Both the position numbers and the translations under genes were made by a program. Under the pieces are notes generated by a model. It saw nothing but the letters and a program-made list of their open reading frames with translations, ran no database searches and was not told the DNA's origin. DNA of 64,000 bases. It comes from Patescibacteria group bacterium (GTDB lineage Bacteria; Patescibacteriota; Microgenomatia; Levybacterales; UBA12049). Positions 30,221 through 40,383 of the stretch are shown one piece after another. The number at the start of each line of letters is the position of its first letter. The stretch's first letter is position 1. The stretch lies in the NCBI GenBank assembly GCA_026004395.1, contig BPJB01000001.1:969226-1033225 (forward strand), in the 5' to 3' direction.

Positions 30221-30514
30221 GAGTTAATTATAAGCTGATAGTTACTAGCGTTTAGTTCTTCGGAGCCAAACACTATTCACTATCCACTACGTACGGCCGC
30301 TAGCTTTTCGCTTGCACAACTAAAAGCTTAGGCCAAAGGCCCAATCCGCCTTTTGTCAAATGCTAAATCGGCCAGTAACCACAACAGATCTTAATGTGCT
30401 ATCCAAAGTAAATCGAGAAAACGTCTCAGAGGTCAGAAGGTTCTTCTCTTTGAAGAAAAAATGTATAAAATATCACTCATAAAAAAACGTTTCGTCGATT
30501 TACTCTAGATGGCT

Positions 30515-30543
30515 ATGGTAGCATAGCCATCTCAGGCTGTCAA
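30515..30543 (-). promoter_or_regulatory. Sigma70 promoter of the tRNA-Ala-23S-5S unit
   Basis: TTGACA-17 nt-TACCAT with TG extension. Confidence 0.7.
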
Positions 30544-30602
30544 GTACTTGTTCTGGATAATCATATTATAAAGTGATCTCGCAATTTTCGTAAAATTAAA
30601 TG

Positions 30603-30633
30603 TTACTTCCTTTTTTTCAAAAAAAGGAAGTAA
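30603..30633. repeat. Inverted repeat / possible terminator
   Basis: TTACTTCC-T7-C-A7-GGAAGTAA. Confidence 0.5.
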
Positions 30634-30955
30634 GTAATACTAAAAAACCATCCCAAAAAATCTGTTATAACTATTTAATAGTAAGTAGTAATCTAAATAA
30701 GACAGAATTGTTAGATTGCAGTTCAGAACAATGGTAAAAGCTTCAAACCGACAAAAAGAAGGCTGTCTTGAATCCTAATAAAATAACTAATACCATCTCT
30801 CACACATCTAATCTTCAACTCTGCTAAAACTTCCTCTTTATCTTATGTCCTAAACTATATCTTCAGCCAAAATAAATTAAGCTTGTATCTTTACTAAAAA
30901 CGCGATGCTATTATATAGAGTAAACTAAATACAGATAATCGATTTCAAAAATAAA

Positions 30956-31207
30956 ATGACTGAGAGAAGTATTTCCCCAAATCTGCAGAAAGATTTGAAA
31001 AAAATCTGGGGTGAGAAATCTTACACCAGACGTATGCTCTTTGGTCCTCCTCTGACTATTAATAATCTCAAACATGATCACAATCCAGGTAATGAAAATA
31101 ATAAACTTTCTGACTTCAACCAAGACAATAATGAATCTTCTTATTTCACTCCAGCTCAAAAATCAACAGGCAGAATACTAAAACGCAGTTCATACTCCCC
31201 AAAGTAA
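30956..31207 (+). CDS. Hypothetical protein
   Basis: ATG-started 83-aa ORF, no recognisable motif. Confidence 0.45.
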   Translation: MTERSISPNLQKDLKKIWGEKSYTRRMLFGPPLTINNLKHDHNPGNENNKLSDFNQDNNESSYFTPAQKSTGRILKRSSYSPK

Positions 31208-31393
31208 AACAAATAACAAACACTTACTGCCATTTTTATAAAAGGTACAAAAATAGCTTTTTTTAGAATCAGTCTTCTATTTTTTTTTAACGTACGATAA
31301 CTTCAATTAAATAGATCCTATTGACAATTAAATCTTTTTGTCAGATACTCTTTGGTAGATACATTTTATCCGTGAGGGATTCACTCACACTAC

Positions 31394-33061
31394 ATGAAAA
31401 TAAAAAATGTCTCTCTACGACTAAGTAGATATAAAAAATTATTTATCGAGCTTTTCTCTCTGATTCTTCTTACTATATCAGTACTTCTTCTAGTTACTCA
31501 GTTGAGAAACTCTCAAAATTTTGAGTCTAGAGCAAGAGCATTCGAGACTGTTTTTTCATTCGGAGCTGTAGGTGATATCGGTGCAACAAGTAATTCTTCA
31601 GCTGTTTTAAGTGCTATTACCCCATCAGCAGTAAATTTCTTTCTGGCATTAGGAGATCTTAGTTACAATCAAATAACTCCTGAATCAGCCTGGTGTAATT
31701 ATGTCAAACAAAAAGTAGGAAATGATTTTCCTTTTGAGTTAGTTGCTGGCAATCATGAAGATGATGGTCCTGATGGACAAATTGCCAATTTTGCCTCTTG
31801 CCTTCCTGATCGCCTAGGAACAATTGTTGGTACTTATCCCAAAGAATATTATTTTGATTACCCAACTACCAATCCTATTGCTCGATTTATTCTGATCTCA
31901 CCTAACTTAACATTTCCCAATGAGGGAACTTACTCTTATGCTAAGAATACTCCTCGTTATGAATGGACTAAAAACGCTATTGATTCGGCACGTGCACAAG
32001 GCATAAAGTGGATTATTGTTGGCATGCATAAATACTGCATAGCTATGGTATCAGGATCCTGTCAAATAGGAGCAGATATTATGAATCTTCTCATTGAGAA
32101 AAAAGTCGATCTATATCTCCAAGCACATGATCATGCATATGCTCGCAGTAAACAACTTGCCCTCTCATCTCTTTGTACAGCAATTACTCCTGGATCATAC
32201 AATAGTAACTGTGTAGTTGATGATGGAGCGGACAATATATACATTAAAGGACAAGGAACTATTATTCTGACAATTGGACAAGGGGGCAGATCACTCAACA
32301 AACAATATACATCAGATAGCGAAGCTAAGTATTTTGCTAATTGGATGGGAAGTAACTTCAATCCAACTTATGGTTTTATAAAATTTACTGTATCAGATTC
32401 AAGAATCCAAGCGGAGTTTGTCAAGGGCTTAAATCTGTCAGGGAATTTCACTGAAAACTTCTCTATTATTGATAATGCTTCTCAAATTTCTCCAACCGTT
32501 ACACCAACTCCCACACTTAACCAAACAACACCAACTCCAACACCCACCCAACAGCCTACACCAACACCTACTCCCTCGCAAACACCAGCAACAATTACTC
32601 TTGATGCAGTGGCAGATACTTATGTCTCAAGCAGCAATCCCACAGTAAATTACGGAGCAAGTACTTCTTTGTACTCGGATGCAAGTCCAATAATGATAAG
32701 CTACCTTAAATTTGATACTTCCGGATTAAACGGTATATTGAAAAAAGCAACACTTCGCATCAGAACAACATCTGGAACCTACTCTGGATCACCTGGTCCT
32801 GAGTATGTGAAAATTGTAGAGGATACCTCATGGAGCGAGTCAATGCTAACTTATAACACTCGGCCATCTCTCTCAACTACTCTGGGAAGTGTAAGTAACA
32901 CCATCTCAAACACTACTTATGACATACCTCTTGATACAACAATTATTCAATCAAAGCTTGGAGGAATTATCTCTCTGGGGGTGGATACGCAACACTCTGA
33001 TGCGTTCTATTTTAACTCTAAAGAAACATCAAGCAAGCCTCAGATTATTTTGGAGTTCTAA
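31394..33061 (+). CDS. Membrane-anchored metallophosphoesterase with PT linker and C-terminal DNRLRE/CBM-like domain
   Basis: GD, GDLSY, GNHE, HDH motifs; TPTP linker; ADTYV..NYG..YLKFD C-terminal domain. Confidence 0.85.
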   Translation: MKIKNVSLRLSRYKKLFIELFSLILLTISVLLLVTQLRNSQNFESRARAFETVFSFGAVGDIGATSNSSAVLSAITPSAVNFFLALGDLSYNQITPESAWCNYVKQKVGNDFPFELVAGNHEDDGPDGQIANFASCLPDRLGTIVGTYPKEYYFDYPTTNPIARFILISPNLTFPNEGTYSYAKNTPRYEWTKNAIDSARAQGIKWIIVGMHKYCIAMVSGSCQIGADIMNLLIEKKVDLYLQAHDHAYARSKQLALSSLCTAITPGSYNSNCVVDDGADNIYIKGQGTIILTIGQGGRSLNKQYTSDSEAKYFANWMGSNFNPTYGFIKFTVSDSRIQAEFVKGLNLSGNFTENFSIIDNASQISPTVTPTPTLNQTTPTPTPTQQPTPTPTPSQTPATITLDAVADTYVSSSNPTVNYGASTSLYSDASPIMISYLKFDTSGLNGILKKATLRIRTTSGTYSGSPGPEYVKIVEDTSWSESMLTYNTRPSLSTTLGSVSNTISNTTYDIPLDTTIIQSKLGGIISLGVDTQHSDAFYFNSKETSSKPQIILEF

Positions 33062-33068
33062 TTAACAC

Positions 33069-34013
33069 TCAATTGGCGATAAATTGAATCTCTTTTCCCT
33101 CAGATGAAAGCCAGCGCTCAGCCTCCAATGCAGCCGCAGCTCCAAAACCTGCAGCAGTTATTGCCTGACGATAGGAGCGATCGTGCACATCTCCTGCGGT
33201 AAAAACACCCGGAACATTAGTGTGGAAATGATTATAGACTTTTATATATCCATCATTATCAAGATCTATACCCTGATACATTTTTGTGTTCGGTATATGA
33301 CCAATTGCAACAAAAATACCATCAACTGGCACTTCCCTCTTTTCACCTGTTTTTGTATCTTGAATTACTGCTGACTCAACCTTATCTTTACCTTTAATCT
33401 CAGTTATTATGGAGTTATAAAGAAATTTAATTTTGGGATTTTCTTTGGCTCGTCTTTGCATAATTTCGCTTGCTCTAAGACTATCTCGTCTGTGAATGAC
33501 TGTCACACTATTGGCTACTTTTGCCAGCACTAATGCCTCTTCCATTGCGCTATCGCCTCCTCCAACAACAAAAACATTTTTCCCTCTAAAAAACATGGCA
33601 TCACAGGTTGCACAGGATGAGACACCTTTTCCAATTAACTCTTTTTCTCCCGGAACATTAAGCCAACGAGCATCCGCACCTGAGGCAATAATCACTGCTC
33701 TTGCTTTATATTCTTTTCCTCCTGCCCTAAGAATAAACGGACGATGCGTGAAATCTCCTTCTGTAAAATTGACGTCGATTATCTTTGCACCATGATTTTC
33801 AGCTTGCTTGCGCATCCTCATCATTAGCTCTGGCCCTTGAATGCCCTCAGGAAAACCGGGGAAATTTTCAACTAATGATGTCAGCATCAGTTGTCCTCCC
33901 CATTTCTCACCGGCAATGACGAGCGTTTTTAATGCAGCACGAGTGGTATATATAGCAGCGGTAAGACCAGCAGGACCTGAACCAATGATAATCACATCAT
34001 AAAGATTATCCAT
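33069..34013 (-). CDS. trxB: Thioredoxin reductase
   Basis: GSGPAG, CATCD, GGGDSAMEEA, AGD..RQAITAA. Confidence 0.97.
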   Translation of the reverse strand: MDNLYDVIIIGSGPAGLTAAIYTTRAALKTLVIAGEKWGGQLMLTSLVENFPGFPEGIQGPELMMRMRKQAENHGAKIIDVNFTEGDFTHRPFILRAGGKEYKARAVIIASGADARWLNVPGEKELIGKGVSSCATCDAMFFRGKNVFVVGGGDSAMEEALVLAKVANSVTVIHRRDSLRASEIMQRRAKENPKIKFLYNSIITEIKGKDKVESAVIQDTKTGEKREVPVDGIFVAIGHIPNTKMYQGIDLDNDGYIKVYNHFHTNVPGVFTAGDVHDRSYRQAITAAGFGAAAALEAERWLSSEGKEIQFIAN

Positions 34014-34107
34014 AACCCAAATGTCAAAACTCAAAAGCACAAGTTAAAATTCAAAATGACGATAAACTTTACTTTTGAGTGTCATTTTGAATTTTTAACC
34101 TTTAACT

Positions 34108-34437
34108 TTAGTTCTGAAGAAATTGCTCTATTTTTTGTTTGATAACCTCTTTACTCTGGGCACCAACTATTGAATCAACCGGCTGTCCACCTTTAAAGAA
34201 AAGAAGTGTAGGAATTGACATAATATTATACTTGGCTGCTGTTTGTTGATTTTCATCCACATTTAACTTACCCACTTTCAATTTACCTGCGTACTCGTTT
34301 GCAAGTTCTTCAATGATTGGAGCAATAATCCTACAGGGAGCACACCAGGGAGCCCAAAAATCAACAAGAACAGGAATTTCAGAAGATATAACTTCGTTTT
34401 GAAAATTTTGATCTGTAAAAACGTTTTCTTCAGCCAT
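34108..34437 (-). CDS. trxA: Thioredoxin
   Basis: VDFWAPWCAPC, SIPT. Confidence 0.96.
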   Translation of the reverse strand: MAEENVFTDQNFQNEVISSEIPVLVDFWAPWCAPCRIIAPIIEELANEYAGKLKVGKLNVDENQQTAAKYNIMSIPTLLFFKGGQPVDSIVGAQSKEVIKQKIEQFLQN

Positions 34438-34497
34438 GAAATTTACCAATAGTAACAATGCTACCAAGCAGAAAAAGGACTGTCAATACTTAAAGAT

Positions 34498-35145
34498 TTA
34501 TTTAAGCTTATCATCAATAATTCTTTTGAAATTCTCATATGAGATGACACCAGTATATTTCTCTCCATTGATGAAAAATGTTGGTGTTGAGTTAACGCCA
34601 AGTTGCAGCGCATCATCCTGATCTTTTTGAATATTTTTAGCAAGAGATGCATCAGCAAATGCAGTCGTGAAGCTTTCCATATTAAGATTAAGATTTTGAG
34701 CATATCCTCTAAATAGTTCCTCTGGATTATTACTTTCAGCCCAATCAAGTTGATTATTAAAAAGTAAATCGTGCATCTCAAAAAATTTTCCTTGTTTTCC
34801 TGCTGCTTCAGCTGCTTTAGCTGCAGAAAAAGCGTTTTTATGACCAGGAAGAGGAAAATGGCGAAAAACGAAATAGATGCGATCTTTATACTCCTCAACT
34901 ATTTGTTTCACCACAGGTTGTGCAGAGGCACACGCTGGACATTGAAAATCTGCAAATTCAACAATTGTTACCTTAGCAGAAGAAGAGCCAATAGCATGCT
35001 CTCCTGTACCTACTAAAAGCTTGGTATCAGTGACCTTTTCTCCACTTTGTTGAGTTGGTTTGCCACCCAGAAGCAATGCAGCACCTACTACAATAATTAG
35101 TGTTACAATACCAATCGTACTTAAAAAAAGAGCTTCTCTCTTCAT
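34498..35145 (-). CDS. DsbA/BdbD-like thiol-disulfide oxidoreductase
   Basis: TM anchor, EFADFQCPAC, STPTFFING; ATGA overlap with the dsbB-like gene. Confidence 0.9.
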   Translation of the reverse strand: MKREALFLSTIGIVTLIIVVGAALLLGGKPTQQSGEKVTDTKLLVGTGEHAIGSSSAKVTIVEFADFQCPACASAQPVVKQIVEEYKDRIYFVFRHFPLPGHKNAFSAAKAAEAAGKQGKFFEMHDLLFNNQLDWAESNNPEELFRGYAQNLNLNMESFTTAFADASLAKNIQKDQDDALQLGVNSTPTFFINGEKYTGVISYENFKRIIDDKLK

Positions 35146-35570
35146 GATTGCTTTTTTAAATAACTTCTGTAGAGTAGCATACTTATTGTGATGATTGCAA
35201 ATGCAATAAATGAAAGCAGGGGAATTGTGATAAATCCAAACCACTCAACTTGTCTTGTCGTACATGATACGCCCAAAATACATGGTGCAGCCGATTCAGG
35301 AAGAAAATGATAATAAAGCAGGTTATGATAGAAAGCAATCAATAAACCTACAACACTTAGTGGCAAAACATAACGAATTACATGTTTATCCTGTGTATAA
35401 ATACCCACTGCTAAAATAACAACCAGCGGATACATAGCAATCCTTTGATACCAACAGAGCACGCAAGGAGGAAAAAGAAGTACTTCGCTGAAAAACAGAC
35501 TTCCCAAAGTTGCAGAAAGCGCCTGCATAAAAGCAATATAGAGAGCATTAGCTTGCACAAATTTCACCAT
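35142..35570 (-). CDS. Disulfide bond formation protein DsbB/BdbC
   Basis: PCVLCWYQR, second Cys pair, four TM helices. Confidence 0.92.
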   Translation of the reverse strand: MVKFVQANALYIAFMQALSATLGSLFFSEVLLFPPCVLCWYQRIAMYPLVVILAVGIYTQDKHVIRYVLPLSVVGLLIAFYHNLLYYHFLPESAAPCILGVSCTTRQVEWFGFITIPLLSFIAFAIITISMLLYRSYLKKQS

Positions 35571-35598
35571 ATAATCAAGGATTATACTATAAAATAAG

Positions 35599-37161
35599 TC
35601 ATCCTAAATCTTCAGTTTTCTCATGTAAAAACTTAAACCATTGCTCAACAAAGGCGAAAAAAACCTTAAAAGGCGTCTCAATCATAAAATCAAAAAGAAA
35701 AAGGAAAAAATTAATCTGAGAAATACTCTGTGTTAATCTCCTTCCTACCCTAATAACAGGCATAAACAGAAAATCAATAAATGGTGTGAGAACATCCTGT
35801 TTCTCTCCCACGCGAAAAAGGTTTGCAGTGAGGCTGATTCTATATGCTAAAAAGGACACGATTGTGAGGAAGAAAATAAATACAGCTTGGCTAATCAATG
35901 TAAATTGAAGTTTTGATAATACAAAAATAATTGCTCCGAAGGATATTAAAAAAGCAGAGAGCCAAAGAAGATTAAAAATAATATGCGGCTTTTCTTGTTC
36001 TTTTTTTACCAAAAGTGGTGCACCCAGACGAGGTTTTTCTGCAAAAAGAAGTATTTTTATGTACTCAAAAATTCTTTTCGTGTTCTCCTCACCAGGAGGA
36101 CGAATTAATAGACTGACAATAATCATGAGTAGAGGGGGGATAGATGTGTTAATAATCAAAGAGTTCCAGAGAACATATCCATACACGATCCTCTCAAATG
36201 TACCCTCAACTGCGAATGCAAAAATTACTTTTGTAAGAAGAATAAAAAGAACACTCCGAACAATTGCCCTTCTGACCTTGGAAGCTATGCTTTTATAGCG
36301 TACTTCACAGGCATCTTGCACTGCTTTTCGCAGATTTTCCTCACTCTCAAAAATAGAGTCAAGATTTCCTACATTATTTTTGAGAATATCTTCTAAGATA
36401 AAAAATGCCGCAGCTCGTTTTTTGATATAGGAATAAATTTTGTCCCTTTTGGGATATGCAAGTTGTTTGGTTATTTCTTTATAAGCTTGGGGAAAATCTT
36501 TTGCGATTTGTTCGATATTCTGTTGATTTACTTCTCCAAAGTATAAAAGAAAAAGATTGTAACGCAAAAAAGCAATATCATCTCGAGCAAATGCACGCCT
36601 TACAGCCAAATACACCTGAGCGTTACGCGTTTCTTCGGTATCATCAACGATTGTCACATCATCTTTAAGTACCTGATACATGAAATTAGCAATTGTTTGT
36701 TTCTCAGTATTAGGATTAAGTACATTCTCAATTGCACTTGACATAAGGTGATAAATCCATTCATTCAATACTCCTATTGAGATCTTATGTTGCTGAAGTA
36801 CATTCATTCGCAGTCTAAGATAAAGATCAATGACTTCCTCTACTTTTGCAATCGAGCTCTCAGGAACAGTGTTGTCTTGGAGATAGCGTGCCCAAATAAG
36901 CTCTCTAATAAGAGGCTCTGCCGTTGATTTGGCTGTACCTCCTAAAAGTAGATGTCGTCGAAGTATTCGCTCAATTGTGGCGCGTAAGATCACTTCATCT
37001 TCTCGATACTCCATGGCATTGCGCAGTTTCTCATAAGCTGAAGCCATTTTGGAGACAAAAGGATTAACAGTAATCTTGCGTTCAAAACTAGGCTCCTGTT
37101 TTACCTCAAATCGTTCAATGACTAAAGAGGCTAGAGGACTCGGGGTCAACTTAGTATCCAT
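35599..37161 (-). CDS. Membrane protein of unknown function
   Basis: 520 aa, helical N-terminal domain (YEKLRNAMEYRE), C-terminal TM helices. Confidence 0.8.
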   Translation of the reverse strand: MDTKLTPSPLASLVIERFEVKQEPSFERKITVNPFVSKMASAYEKLRNAMEYREDEVILRATIERILRRHLLLGGTAKSTAEPLIRELIWARYLQDNTVPESSIAKVEEVIDLYLRLRMNVLQQHKISIGVLNEWIYHLMSSAIENVLNPNTEKQTIANFMYQVLKDDVTIVDDTEETRNAQVYLAVRRAFARDDIAFLRYNLFLLYFGEVNQQNIEQIAKDFPQAYKEITKQLAYPKRDKIYSYIKKRAAAFFILEDILKNNVGNLDSIFESEENLRKAVQDACEVRYKSIASKVRRAIVRSVLFILLTKVIFAFAVEGTFERIVYGYVLWNSLIINTSIPPLLMIIVSLLIRPPGEENTKRIFEYIKILLFAEKPRLGAPLLVKKEQEKPHIIFNLLWLSAFLISFGAIIFVLSKLQFTLISQAVFIFFLTIVSFLAYRISLTANLFRVGEKQDVLTPFIDFLFMPVIRVGRRLTQSISQINFFLFLFDFMIETPFKVFFAFVEQWFKFLHEKTEDLG

Positions 37162-37322
37162 AGAAACAATTATACACCAGTTGTAATCACTTTTAAAAAA
37201 ACTTCTTACCTATTTATTCCTCAACTCTTACTAAGTTTAGTAAACACACTTACAGATTTTTGCTATACCTTGTCATGTGAATTGCGTATGAAACAAGGAG
37301 TAGCATATGAGAGGTGATCATG

Positions 37323-37985
37323 ATGGACAAAGTTCTAGAGGATCGTTCCCACGAGTTGGGTCGGTTTATCACTCTTCCAGAAGAAAGACTCCTTATTGCA
37401 CAAAGAAAACATTGGTTTACACTGGCTGTACCATTGTTTTTTCAAGTATGGTTTTTATTAATTCTAGTTATATTTAGTTTTGCTCTATTTGTATTGTTTC
37501 TTAAGCAAGCTGCTCTATTTATACTCGCACTTGCTATACTTCTTCCTTTCTTTCTGACTAGCATTACCAAAACTATTCTTGACTGGTACTTTCATTTTTA
37601 TGTTATCACCAACCGTAAAATTTTAGAAATTGCCTGCTCCCCGCTTTTTTCTCATACTGTAAATGAAATTCTGCTCGATCAGGTGCGTTGTACAGAAATT
37701 GATATCAAACGAGATGGAATCTTAAATCATATCCTTGATAAAGGGCATGTCATCGTTACCTTTGACCGACCCACCCACCAAGAAGAGTTTTTATTCACTG
37801 ATATCAGTGATCCTCATACCCTTGGCACATATTTAGCTGATATCTTTGATCAGATGAGAAGTGTATCGGAGGGACGTTGGTTCCGATCACATAATGGAAT
37901 GATCCATTTTGTTGATGAGACATCATCAAATGGAGAAAAAACGGGAGGTGATACGAATGGAATTATTTACCCTCGTACTCTTTAG
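37323..37985 (+). CDS. Membrane protein with bacterial PH-like domain
   Basis: RKHW, two TM helices, YVITNRKI..G pattern; SD GAGGTGA. Confidence 0.75.
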   Translation: MDKVLEDRSHELGRFITLPEERLLIAQRKHWFTLAVPLFFQVWFLLILVIFSFALFVLFLKQAALFILALAILLPFFLTSITKTILDWYFHFYVITNRKILEIACSPLFSHTVNEILLDQVRCTEIDIKRDGILNHILDKGHVIVTFDRPTHQEEFLFTDISDPHTLGTYLADIFDQMRSVSEGRWFRSHNGMIHFVDETSSNGEKTGGDTNGIIYPRTL

Positions 37986-38193
37986 CGTAGGACTACTGTT
38001 TATCCTCTGCCTTGCTATATACAGTTGGTTTCTCAATCGAGAGGCACAACGTCTTCTTGATAAATTAGATCTTTTCCCTCCTCATATTTTGCAGTTACTA
38101 CTGCAAATGGTTATTTTTTCACCTCTTTTAACTGCATCAATCTTGCTTATTGCTTTAATCGTTATCCAAAACATACTTCCCACATTTCTCTAA
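37957..38193 (+). CDS. Small two-TM hypothetical protein
   Basis: SD GGAGGTGA before ATG 37957; hydrophobic. Confidence 0.65.
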   Translation: MELFTLVLFSVGLLFILCLAIYSWFLNREAQRLLDKLDLFPPHILQLLLQMVIFSPLLTASILLIALIVIQNILPTFL

Positions 38194-38248
38194 TTACTTT
38201 GTTCTGTCATTGACAATACATTTATTTTCTGCGTAAAATGGTGACATT

Positions 38249-39070
38249 ATGCCATATAAAAAAAACCCGCAATCTACAACTAACTCCAGAGAAGAAAGCG
38301 TTTCTGAGGAAAAAAAAGAATCTGACTATATTGAGATAAAACTCCCCAATATACAATCAAGAACTATCACTTCTCTTCTTATATTTGGGCTTTTATTAGC
38401 ATCATTTGCTCTGGGATACCAAACAGCAAAAGTCACCTACTGGGAGGAAAAAGCAAAAACTTTAGGTACCACGAACGCTCTTTCTCCTAATCTTACTCAG
38501 CCTTCTCCAACTCCTAGTAAAGTCGAAGTTTCCCCAGGACATCTGCCTCCATTGGGTAAAAACAATGCCAAAGTCACAATTATTGAGTTTAGCGATATGC
38601 AATGTCCTTTCTGTAGGCGATTCTGGAAAGATACATTACCCCAACTCAAAAAGGACTACATTGATAAAGGTCTAGTCAAATTTTATTATCGACATCTTCC
38701 TCTTCCTCCTGAAGTTCATCCTGCTGCAACATCCCTTGCTGAAGCATCAGAATGTGCAAATGATCAGAAGAAGTTCTGGGAGTATCACGATAAAATCTTT
38801 GCAGAACAAGCAAAACAAGGTGAAGGAACAATACCCATCACCAACGAGCAAATTAAAGAGTGGGCAGTTGAGATTGGACTTAATACTGCACAATTTAATG
38901 AATGCTTTGATAGTGGTAAATATTCCCAAAAAGTTAAAGACGATCTTGCTGATGCACAAAAGGTAGGTGCATATTCTACACCTACCTTTTATATCAATGG
39001 AACCCCGCTAGTTGGTGCGCTTCCCTATGAAGCCTTCAAAACGATTATTGATCAGGAACTCAAAAAATAA
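38249..39070 (+). CDS. Second DsbA-family oxidoreductase
   Basis: TM anchor, EFSDMQCPFC, STPTFYING, GALPY. Confidence 0.9.
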   Translation: MPYKKNPQSTTNSREESVSEEKKESDYIEIKLPNIQSRTITSLLIFGLLLASFALGYQTAKVTYWEEKAKTLGTTNALSPNLTQPSPTPSKVEVSPGHLPPLGKNNAKVTIIEFSDMQCPFCRRFWKDTLPQLKKDYIDKGLVKFYYRHLPLPPEVHPAATSLAEASECANDQKKFWEYHDKIFAEQAKQGEGTIPITNEQIKEWAVEIGLNTAQFNECFDSGKYSQKVKDDLADAQKVGAYSTPTFYINGTPLVGALPYEAFKTIIDQELKK

Positions 39071-39085
39071 TCTGATTATGAAATA

Positions 39086-39604
39086 ATGATTAAATCCCTT
39101 TCAAATAAAAGAGTATTTCTGTTTACGCTTGTTTTTACTCTTGTTTTTGTATTGCTTCAGATATATTCCATCAACTATAGATTGATAAATCTTACTATTT
39201 TTAGTAATTCTCCTCTTTACTATAAACTGACATTAATCTGGCATCTTTTTATTGGCTACTGGAAAATGTTTGGGCTACAAGATGTTCTTTTTAATCTCAT
39301 AACAGCTCTACTGGTTGGATTAAATTTTGCTCTCTTCTTGATGACATTAGGCAATACAAAGCGCAGTGGTGCTTTAAAACTCTCTTTTGGAGGAGGAAGC
39401 TTCTTTGCTTTAATAAGCACAGGTTGTCCAAGTTGTGGAATAACATTACTCTCTTTTCTAGGACCGTCTGCTTCATTAATTAACTTATTTATTAGAACTA
39501 CAATTGTCCAGTTGTTAATTATTGGTGTTCTTTTATTATCTCTCTATTCACAGCTGAAAGCTTACCAACGATCACTAATTTGTGCCCTTCCTCAAAAAAA
39601 CTAA
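39086..39604 (+). CDS. Membrane protein with CxxC motif
   Basis: About four TM helices, STGCPSCG, C-terminal Cys; directly follows dsbA2. Confidence 0.75.
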   Translation: MIKSLSNKRVFLFTLVFTLVFVLLQIYSINYRLINLTIFSNSPLYYKLTLIWHLFIGYWKMFGLQDVLFNLITALLVGLNFALFLMTLGNTKRSGALKLSFGGGSFFALISTGCPSCGITLLSFLGPSASLINLFIRTTIVQLLIIGVLLLSLYSQLKAYQRSLICALPQKN

Positions 39605-40383
39605 TGATTCAAAAAAGAGATAGATAATCCAACAACACTAATCCCCAGAAGAAGCAAAAATGTCTCCAAAAGTGCAAAGCCTTTCCTATTCTCCTGATGG
39701 ATATCGGGAATAATATCCGCTGCGGCAATATAAATAAAAAATCCTGCTGTTAGAGACAGAGCAAAAGGAATAAAATTCTCAACAAATTCTCCTAATAAAA
39801 GGACAAGAAAAGCTCCCAAAAGTGCTGCTAAAGCGCTGAAAAAATTCAACATTAATACTTTTTTTCGACTTAGCCCTTGATGAAGCAAGATAGCAAAATC
39901 ACCTATTTCCTGAGGAATTTCGTGTGCTGCCACCGCAATGGTTGTAACAATCCCAAGAGGAATACTGGCAATAAATGTTGCCGCAATAACCATCCCATCA
40001 ATCAAATTATGGACACTATCTCCTAACACTACAAGCGCTACTGTTGGCTTTGCTGGTTCCTTATGTGGTCTTTGGTGATGATGAAACCAATGTATAAATC
40101 TCTCAAGTAGAAAAAAGAGAGTTATGCCCAAAAGAGATGTTAAAAAAATAACATTCTGAGTGTATCCTGTTTTCCCCTGAAGACCTTCTGCTTCATGAAG
40201 AGCCTCAGGAAGCAAATCAAGAAAAGCTGATCCTAGAAGTACTCCAGCGGCAAACGCTGCTAGCAAATGCGTAAGCCTATGAGCCAGGTTTTGACGCGAG
40301 AGCAGTAATATGCCTCCAATAAGAGAAAATATACTGCCCAGAATGGTAAAAATAACAATGTATAATATTATTGTTGTTGACAT
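39601..40383 (-). CDS. ZIP family metal transporter
   Basis: HNLIDG and HEIPQEIGD motifs, His-rich loop. Confidence 0.93.
   Translation of the reverse strand: MSTTIILYIVIFTILGSIFSLIGGILLLSRQNLAHRLTHLLAAFAAGVLLGSAFLDLLPEALHEAEGLQGKTGYTQNVIFLTSLLGITLFFLLERFIHWFHHHQRPHKEPAKPTVALVVLGDSVHNLIDGMVIAATFIASIPLGIVTTIAVAAHEIPQEIGDFAILLHQGLSRKKVLMLNFFSALAALLGAFLVLLLGEFVENFIPFALSLTAGFFIYIAAADIIPDIHQENRKGFALLETFLLLLGISVVGLSISFLNH

Noticed and set aside
32495-32590. Tandem-looking ACACCAACT repeats
   Set aside because: They encode a PT linker; no repeat-spacer structure, so not CRISPR.
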